From assembly GCF_001194135.2 (NCBI RefSeq), contig NC_068990.1, positions 45,894,474 to 45,958,473 of the forward strand: a DNA stretch of 64,000 nucleotides, in the 5' to 3' direction. A model generated the notes under the pieces. The model searched no databases. It had not been told where the DNA came from and was given only the letters and a program-made list of their open reading frames with translations. The translations under genes and the position numbers were made by a program. This DNA is from Octopus bimaculoides. Lineage: Eukaryota. This document shows, piece after piece, positions 55,980 through 64,000 of this stretch (positions are counted from its first letter, which is position 1; each line of letters opens with the position of its first letter).

Positions 55980-56536
55980 NNNNNNNNNNNNNNNNNNNNN
56001 NNNNNNNNNNNNNNNNNNNNNNNNNNNNNNNNNNNNNNNNNNNNNNNNNNNNNNNNNNNNNNNNNNNNNNNNNNNNNNNNNNNNNNNNNNNNNNNNNNNN
56101 NNNNNNNNNNNNNNNNNNNNNNNNNNNNNNNNNNNNNNNNNNNNNNNNNNNNNNNNNNNNNNNNNNNNNNNNNNNNNNNNNNNNNNNNNNNNNNNNNNNN
56201 NNNNNNNNNNNNNNNNNNNNNNNNNNNNNNNNNNNNNNNNNNNNNNNNNNNNNNNNNNNNNNNNNNNNNNNNNNNNNNNNNNNNNNNNNNNNNNNNNNNN
56301 NNNNNNNNNNNNNNNNNNNNNNNNNNNNNNNNNNNNNNNNNNNNNNNNNNNNNNNNNNNNNNNNNNNNNNNNNNNNNNNNNNNNNNNNNNNNNNNNNNNN
56401 NNNNNNNNNNNNNNNNNNNNNNNNNNNNNNNNNNNNNNNNNNNNNNNNNNNTTTATACTGTGAAGCTTAATTTAATCTTAATTTTTAATAAATTGATTTT
56501 AATTGAGTTTTTACCGGTAATTTTGGATTTTATCCC

Positions 56537-56579
<43 letters not shown>

Positions 56580-56867
56580 GTTGGTTGTGAAAATATATTT
56601 GAGATCCGACAAATAGACACGTGACTGGTGATGTGATTAATAGTAGTGTATTTCGAGTTGTTAACAAAACGTGTCACGAAAAATTCTATTTTTAAAGTGT
56701 ATCGCCAAGAAGAAAAGTTCAAGAAGCTCTGATATTAATGCTTCTTGCGACGGCATAAGCTGGCCTCAATTGGAGTGGCATTCAATATAAGTTAGCATCT
56801 CGCTTTACGATTAAATTTTCAAGCAGCAGGGGTCTTTGGGTAATTTCCTTCAGTCAATTTTATTTAA

Positions 56868-57087
56868 CCCTTTCGCATTCAGATTACTCTGTCAAATGTA
56901 ATACTTATTTATTCACACTGTTTTGAATTGATCATGCATTATCTCGTAGCTTTGAGGTTTCGATGATGTGATTGTTTATTTTTAGAATGGCATTATAGGG
57001 TAGATATGAGAAGTCAGACATGACCAGTTTGAACATAAAGCAAGTAGAGTATTTGGGCCAGATACAGCCAGTTTAAACACTGAAGGG
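56868..57087. mobile_element. piggyBac-type MITE, uninterrupted copy
   Basis: ttaa|ccctttcgcattcagattactctgtcaaatg...aaacactgaaggg|ttag; same body as 8716-8912. Confidence 0.7.
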
Positions 57088-57778
57088 TTAGTGTTAGAAC
57101 GCTGCATGTAGAGGTGCATCGATTGGCTTCGTTTGTTGACAGTAATGAATATAGTTGGGTGGAGTATATACAACACATCTGATCCACCTACGATCTATTC
57201 TTTACACAGCTGACCCACATTAAACGTCATTAGTGTGACACATACTACACAAAGGATAAAAAGAAAAAAACCTATATAGAAATGTGAGAAACAGTCCTGC
57301 AACCTAATCTTGACTTCCTCCACAACAACTAAAAGGTTTATTACTTCAATTATTGCTTATTAAGCAATGAACTGGCTATTACAAATTCTTATTTATCCAT
57401 ATTCGTAACCCATTTATTCACGGACTGATACCACTTAGTATGAAATTGTTTTACGTGCGCGCGCGAACATACAGACATGCATACATTGCGCTTCAAAATG
57501 TAAACTGCACGATGAATATATAGAACTCCATGTATTATCCAATACGTTTGAAAGGAAACTGAAGAGAACTCGTATGATTATCCGTGAATCATTTGGTTGG
57601 AATCCTCAGTTGAGCATATTACAGAATACACGTCGATAAAAAAAAGCAAAAAACAAGATGCTATATAACTGATAATCATTATTTGTTAATGAATATCTCC
57701 GATTCATATATATGAGAGAGAGAGAGAGGGGGGAGTGAGAGAGAGAGAGAGGGAGTGAGAGGGGGAGTGAGAGAGAGA

Positions 57779-57823
<45 letters not shown>

Positions 57824-58459
57824 NNNNNNNNNNNNNNNNNNNNNNNNNNNNNNNNNNNNNNNNNNNNNNNNNNNNNNNNNNNNNNNNNNNNNNNNNNNNN
57901 NNNNNNNNNNNNNNNNNNNNNNNNNNNNNNNNNNNNNNNNNNNNNNNNNNNNNNNNNNNNNNNNNNNNNNNNNNNNNNNNNNNNNNNNNNNNNNNNNNNN
58001 NNNNNNNNNNNNNNNNNNNNNNNNNNNNNNNNNNNNNNNNNNNNNNNNNNNNNNNNNNNNNNNNNNNNNNNNNNNNNNNNNNNNNNNNNNNNNNNNNNNN
58101 NNNNNNNNNNNNNNNNNNNNNNNNNNNNNNNNNNNNNNNNNNNNNNNNNNNNNNNNNNNNNNNNNNNNNNNNNNNNNNNNNNNNNNNNNNNNNNNNNNNN
58201 NNNNNNNNNNNNNNNNNNNNNNNNNNNNNNNNNNNNNNNNNNNNNNGATAATCGTATATGGAAATAGAGGAAAAAGTAATAACGCTGATTATAATTATTA
58301 AGTTTCTCTGAGAACATATATATTTTTTTTTCGTAATGTTACCTCGGCTCTATTCATGCAGTATATTACCGGGCCGTTTACATTCCGAGTTCAAATCTCG
58401 CTCAGCTCAATAAGCTAAAATACCAGTTAAGTGCTAGTGTCGGTTTAATCGACTAAACC

Positions 58460-58517
<58 letters not shown>

Positions 58518-61500
58518 CGTGCGTGATTTGGCTTTGTGTCAATATTAAAAATCAATATTAATATATTTTAATCCTTGTTTCTGAAATATTTCGGTTTAAA
58601 ACTTATTGTGAAAGGTAATTTTAGATCCTTTTCATCATCCCTCGTCGGGATTACCCAATATAAGAAAAAAGTTCTATGGAAAACTCGCTTGACCCGAGGT
58701 GTAGTATGGGAGAGTTTAGGGCGTAATAATCGGTTAGAGTCATTAGAGAATCGGATGAAACCTCTTACACAGTTTTTGCGTTCAAATTTCATTGAGGTTA
58801 ACTTCGTCATTCATCTTCCTGGGGTCAATAAATAAAGTATAAAGCGAAAGCAGTGGACCAACAGAATCATTATAGCGTCGGACTGGATGCCTTGCCATAT
58901 TTGTTCCGGGTCTTTGCGTTCTGAATTTAAATCCCACTGTGGCCTACATAGGTTACATGAGTGGTAAATTTAAACCCATTATCTAGCCTTGAGTGCCTTT
59001 TAGTGAGGTTTATTTTGGTGAAAATATTCAGGTTCTGTCTTCGGTTTGAGGAAAACGTCCAACCTCCTTCGTTCTCACCAGTATTGGAGGCCCTGTAAAG
59101 CTTCTGGATGTTGCCTGTCTGCCGGACCAAAGAGTAAAAGAATACAATTAAATGTCATAAAGGAACCTCTATATGGTGGTGGTAGTTGCGACCTACTAGA
59201 AGAAATTGAAGCCAAAATCACCCTTACAATTACTACACTAATCATCTTAAATACAGAAAGAATATATGCGAGATGGTCATGGCTGGAATATCTTCATTCA
59301 CAGTTGGCCTGGGACTAAACAGTAGCAGTAACAGCAACAATAATTACATTAAAAGTAGCAACAGACATAATATACCAGATATTTGCCTTAACCCAATCTA
59401 TATGAATGGACTAAAGAAAAATATACTAAATCACACACACACACAAAGTAAAAAATAATGCAAGTCTAGGAAGGAGACTATAAAACAACGAACAAAAGCA
59501 ACAGTGTGTCTAAAAATCAAGAAAAAAAAAGCCTAACGAACGTCGTTTAAAAGTGATTAGAATCTAGTTTGTTTAATGTACATCGTAAACGGTGATAGCA
59601 TTGCACCCCACACACAGATCAGTGCGTGTTTCGGTGACAAATATTTAATTTCTTCAACATGCCCAGTTGGCTGTACTAAAACACCTGTTGCACTCATTAA
59701 TTAGCACACGTCTTTCGCCTTCTAATTTGACATGCCAAAGAAAAAACAAACAAAAAGAACAACATGCAGTAATAGGCGTAGGCATGGCTATGAGGCTAAG
59801 GAGCTCGAACCACATGATTTCGGGTTCGGTCCTACTGCGCAGCAACTTGGACAAGTGTCTTCTACATAACTCTGGGCCGATCAATGTGTATGTTGCAAAT
59901 CAACACATACTTCTAACCAGTGAGACAATTCTGGTACACTTACGCTGATTTAATTGGAGGTGAGATTGATTCGGATCTAGACAAGTCATGAGCACAGATA
60001 TATACACATAGAAAAAGAGAGACAAGACAGACATTACAATTTATTAACTGAACACGATTGACATAAACACACTCTCTCTCCTCATACGCATAGAATCATG
60101 CACACACTAATAAGCACAGAGAGGGGAGAGGGAGGAAGGAGAAAACGAGAGAAGCATGGAAATGTCTGATGTCAAATAAACCAGCGTCGAATCATCGACG
60201 CTCAATAAGTGACGCCAAAACGGTTAAGACAAAACGTCTCATACGCGGCAGAATGATCTAGTGCCGTAATCGACTTTGCTTTTATTTTTTAGGAGTCATT
60301 AAAATATAAATCAGTCATGTACTTCAAATTAGTTTCCAAGAAAAAACAAGTTTTGTGCTAAATATACATTTAAAAAAAATCAATATCGTGGTCACAAGAT
60401 ATATAAAACTTTAAAATATGAGGCAGCTATTTGAAGACATGAAGTTCGTTGAAGGAGAATCATCTGCTACACCGAGCAAGTTATGCTACTTGGTATGAAC
60501 TGTCCCCACACAGACTCATTAAAGTTTGAAGACGGTAGAAATTTTGTTTAAAAAGAATCAATCGTCTGCTACATAGAAAGCTATCACTCACATTTGCTTG
60601 TGCAATAACTAGTTGAAAGCAGTCGGAAATTTGTTGTAAGGAGAATCGTGTCCTATAGACTGAGCAAGTAAAACCATTCCGTAGAAGCCCCCTCGCAAGA
60701 GAATTGTCTCTCCCACACAGCAAATTAGACTACATCCAGAAACTTCTTCTCCTCCAGTGGCCCATGCACTATTTAAAAACGGTGGTTAGCAAAATTCAAC
60801 TGATTAATTTATCATATAGAAAAAAATCATACGCTTTGGTCTTGGTAACACAGTTAAAATTCTTGAAGCGAGAACGCCATTGCGATCAGCTGAAAACTGT
60901 TATAACATTTTGTATTTTGATAGGTTATTTTTTAACCAGTTAACATTGGGTATTAATTTTGATTACTGCTCCATACCGGGTGCATAAAAACAGACCATGC
61001 TATTATTAAAATCAAGCTATAGGCACACAAATGGCTGTGTGCTTAAGAAGCACCATATGGTTTCAGGTTCAGTCCCAATGCACGGCACCTTAGTGGTCCC
61101 TGAATGAGCAATGACCAAAGACCAAATATGAACAAGCCCATCGTATACACACACACATCCCACTTAAACCTGTTTCGCTGTCTGTTGTGCTTCTGTTTCT
61201 AATCCTTTAGGATTTCCTTCTGAGCATTATCCACACTTTGGTCTCTGTGCGGCCCCAAGGCTGTTTTCTGTTTATCTATTTCGTCCTTGTCCTCTCGGCC
61301 GTTCACTATTGGTTCCGTCTTGAATCATGTTTATTCATGTTAGTATGTCCACTTCTATGTTGCATGTCTATCCATTTATTGTTTGTTCGTTCTTGTTATG
61401 TTTTGGTCCCATTTCCTAGCAGTTTTTTTGTTGTTGTTGACGCCATCAGAAGGTATTCAATATTATCGCCAAAGACGCGAAATTGCGTTTGACCTTCTGT

Positions 61501-62049
61501 GTTTGTTTTCCGTTTATGCATTTATTTTTTTTTTTTTAACAGAGAGATGTGTGTAATATAATGTATGTGCATTTGTGCTTGCAGCACCCACTACTTGATA
61601 ACCAGTGTTGGCTTGTTTACGTCTCAGAAACTTAGCAATTCGGCTACAGAAGCCTATAGATTAAATACCAGCTTTTAATGAAAAAAAAGGCGTGGGGGCG
61701 ATTTGTTCAACTAAACCCGCCAAGGCAATTCCCCAGTATGGCTGCAGTCCAATGACTGAAACAAGTAAAAGATATACCTGAAATAGAGTACATGTAGAAG
61801 TATGTATACTTTCTTTGCAGTTGTCGGAAAGATTTTATATTAAAATTTGATTTGTCTTTGCATTAATGCAGGTCTTGTATATATGTATTGAGGAAATGTT
61901 CAGTTTGAATGAGTATTGCTTCTTGATATTTATGTATGTCATGTATTGAATTATAGTATGTATTAGTCACTTGACATTTATTATTGAGCAGATGTGAACA
62001 AACAGGTAAATAGGAAGTAATCACACCTTCTATCTAGATTGATCTAAAC

Positions 62050-62174
62050 CAGTGGTTCCCAACCTGTGGTCCGTGAGCATGTTAAGCTGACAGATCTTTC
62101 AGTATCCTGGGGTCCGTGAGAAAACTCATTTAAATAAAAGGAGTCCTTGGTAGTAAAAAGGTTGGGAACCACTG
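62050..62174. mobile_element. hAT (Charlie/Buster-like) MITE, 125 bp
   Basis: Perfect 15-bp TIRs cagtggttcccaacc/ggttgggaaccactg and TSD atctaaac/atctaagc (7/8, NTCTARRN-like). Confidence 0.85.
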
Positions 62175-62403
62175 ATCTAAGCAAACAACAAAACTGCTTA
62201 TTAAGAACAAACAGTAAAATTATAATAACCCTTTCATATTTTGGCACAAGGCCTGAAATATTTGGGGAAGGGGCTAGTCGATTACATCGACTCCAGTGTC
62301 TAACTGGTACTTTTATCGACCCTGAAAGAACAGAAGACAAAGTCGACCGAAGCAGATTTTGACCTCAGAACGTAAAGACGGGCGAAATGACGCTAAGTAT
62401 TTT

Positions 62404-63812
62404 TTTTTGGAGCAGTAATGATTTTTACCAGAACTGTTGACATCAAGACTGAAGGAAAAGTATCTGCTAGAGCATGGTGTTCGTATAACTTATTTTCGGC
62501 AGAGAAATGTGGTTCTACAAACGTGTTTTTCTGTTGAAGGCCCGCTTTGCTTTTGTAGTAACATCGATGGACTTTTCGAATGTTTATCACAAAATCATGA
62601 TCCTGTAGAGTGGCGTTTGTTTATTGACTCTTCAAAACGAAGTTTAAAAGCTGTACTTCTCCATAATGGTAATTTGAAGCCTTCCATTCCTATTGCACAC
62701 TCCGTTCATCTTCATGAATCATATGATAATACGGAACTTTTACTTCATGCCATTGCCTATGAAAGGTACTCATGGAAAATATGTGGCGATTTAAATGTCA
62801 TTGGAATGTTAATGAGAATGCAGTCAGGTTTCACAAATACTGTTGTTTCTTGTGTTTATGGGATAGTTGGGCAACTGACAGACATTATTCGGAATCAAAC
62901 TGGCAGGCAAGAACATCATACCAGCCAGGACTGTATAGCGTCAAGAATACACCTCTTCTAGATTCATGTAACGTCCTATTGCCAAAACTTGGACTGATGA
63001 AACAATTTGTAAAGACACTAGGGAAGAGAAATGCCAGAGGGTTTGAGTATATTGTAGAAAACTTTCCCCAAATCACACAGGCGAAGTTGAAAGAGGGTAT
63101 CATTGTCGGACCTCAAATTAGAGAAGTATTCAGAGATGTCAAACTCAAGACAACACTGGATGAACTGAAATTGCTTGCCTGGAATGCTTTCAGTTGGATC
63201 TGTGAGAATTTCTTGGGCAACAAAAGGCAATGGGCTACAAGGATGGCATCAAGAATCTTCTGAAATGTTACTCAGCAATGAGTTGTCGCATGTCACTGAA
63301 AGTTCACTTCTTGGACTCCTATCTGGATTTCTTCACAGATCACCTTGGAGCAGTGTCTGATGAACATGGGGAAAGATTTCACCAGGACATTAGTGCTATG
63401 GAGAAACGGTACCAAGGCTTCTGGAATGACAATATGCTGACTGACTACTGCTGGACAATTTACCGTGATCAACCGGATCAGGGACACCATAGGAAATCCA
63501 ATTCAAAACGTTGCTAACTCTGTTGTTCTTTGTATTGTCTGAACCAATTTTTGTGTATTCACTCTTTGTAGAATGATAGTGATTATTTTTAATTCAATAA
63601 ACTCATTTGCTTTCTAAAAATAATATGTCCTTATTTATTACGTTAATGATTTCATATATACAAATATGTAAATATTTGCATGTATCTACTGAAAAAGTCA
63701 TATGTGCTGCATACAAATGGAGTGTAGTTTTGAAATCAGCATGAAAAAATAGTCTAAAAAAGTTGGTTTGCATTCATAATGAGTATAATACATTTGATTT
63801 TGTTGACTAGTG
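62404..63812 (+). mobile_element. 5'-truncated Chapaev (Chapaev3-type, CMC superfamily) DNA transposon
   Basis: A transposase remnant is followed by a 3' region ending ...ttgttgactagtg (reverse complement CACTAGTCAACAA, a CAC-type terminus) at 63812. No left terminus was found; the left side abuts a SINE at about 62400. Confidence 0.8.
62437..63517 (+). pseudogene. Frameshifted Chapaev3-type DDE transposase
   Basis: Three overlapping ORFs (62437-62961, 62772-63263, 63230-63517) join into WRLFIDSSKRSLKAVLLHNGN...KICGDL...GFTKYCCFLCLWDS...KLGLMKQFVK...GPQIR...CRMSLKVHFL...SDEHGERFHQDI...RYQG. There are two frameshifts, and PLHI is missing from the PPLHIKLG motif. Family assignment is from recalled Chapaev3 protein motifs. 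Confidence 0.85.
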
Positions 63813-63813
63813 T

Positions 63814-63860
<47 letters not shown>
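63813..63860 (+). repeat. (TAA)n microsatellite between the Chapaev3 terminus and the Dong-like fragment
   Basis: Read directly from the sequence. Confidence 0.95.
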
Positions 63861-63871
63861 NNNNNNNNNNN

Positions 63872-64000
63872 GAATGCATGGACAGTTTGAAAGGAATACA
63901 CAAGACTTTAAGGATAATACAGCATCGTGGGCATGGCTTGAGCGAGGTGATTTGAAGTGTACCACCGAAAGCCTGATCATTGCTGCGCAAGACCAGGCTC
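63872..64000 (+). mobile_element. R4-clade (Dong-like) non-LTR retrotransposon fragment, continuing off the window
   Basis: The open frame from 63874 reads MHGQFERNTQDFKDNTASWAWLERGDLKCTTESLIIAAQDQA, matching the post-RT HGQF...SWxWL..G.LK..TE..I.AAQDQAL motif of R4/Dong elements. It is preceded by a (TAA)n run and an 11-N gap. Confidence 0.8.

Overview
AT-rich, microsatellite-dense eukaryotic genomic DNA with about 15 N-gaps. The SINE families and overall style point to a coleoid cephalopod, probably Octopus; this is inferred, not proven. There are no prokaryotic features (no CRISPR, operons or rRNA/tRNA genes). The only host protein-coding exon I can support firmly is a 108-bp minus-strand exon at 15073-15180. 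It encodes the N-lobe of a Polo-like kinase of the PLK2/PLK3 type and has canonical splice sites. The rest of the gene is not visible: its first coding exon may start at 43341 and run into an assembly gap, and the downstream exons lie in gaps or beyond the left edge. Almost everything else is transposon-derived: at least five SINE or retro-element families; RTE, CR1 and R4/Dong LINE fragments; a Helitron with a helicase remnant; a dead Chapaev3 transposase; hAT and piggyBac-type MITEs; and a foldback element. A window-scale pattern is also visible. Old repeat copies left of about 42-43 kb have lost their CpGs, while equally diverged copies to the right keep them, and the switch falls at a CpG-rich, promoter-like segment near 43.4 kb. 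I did not find a clearly new biological system; the findings are leads of moderate or low interest.
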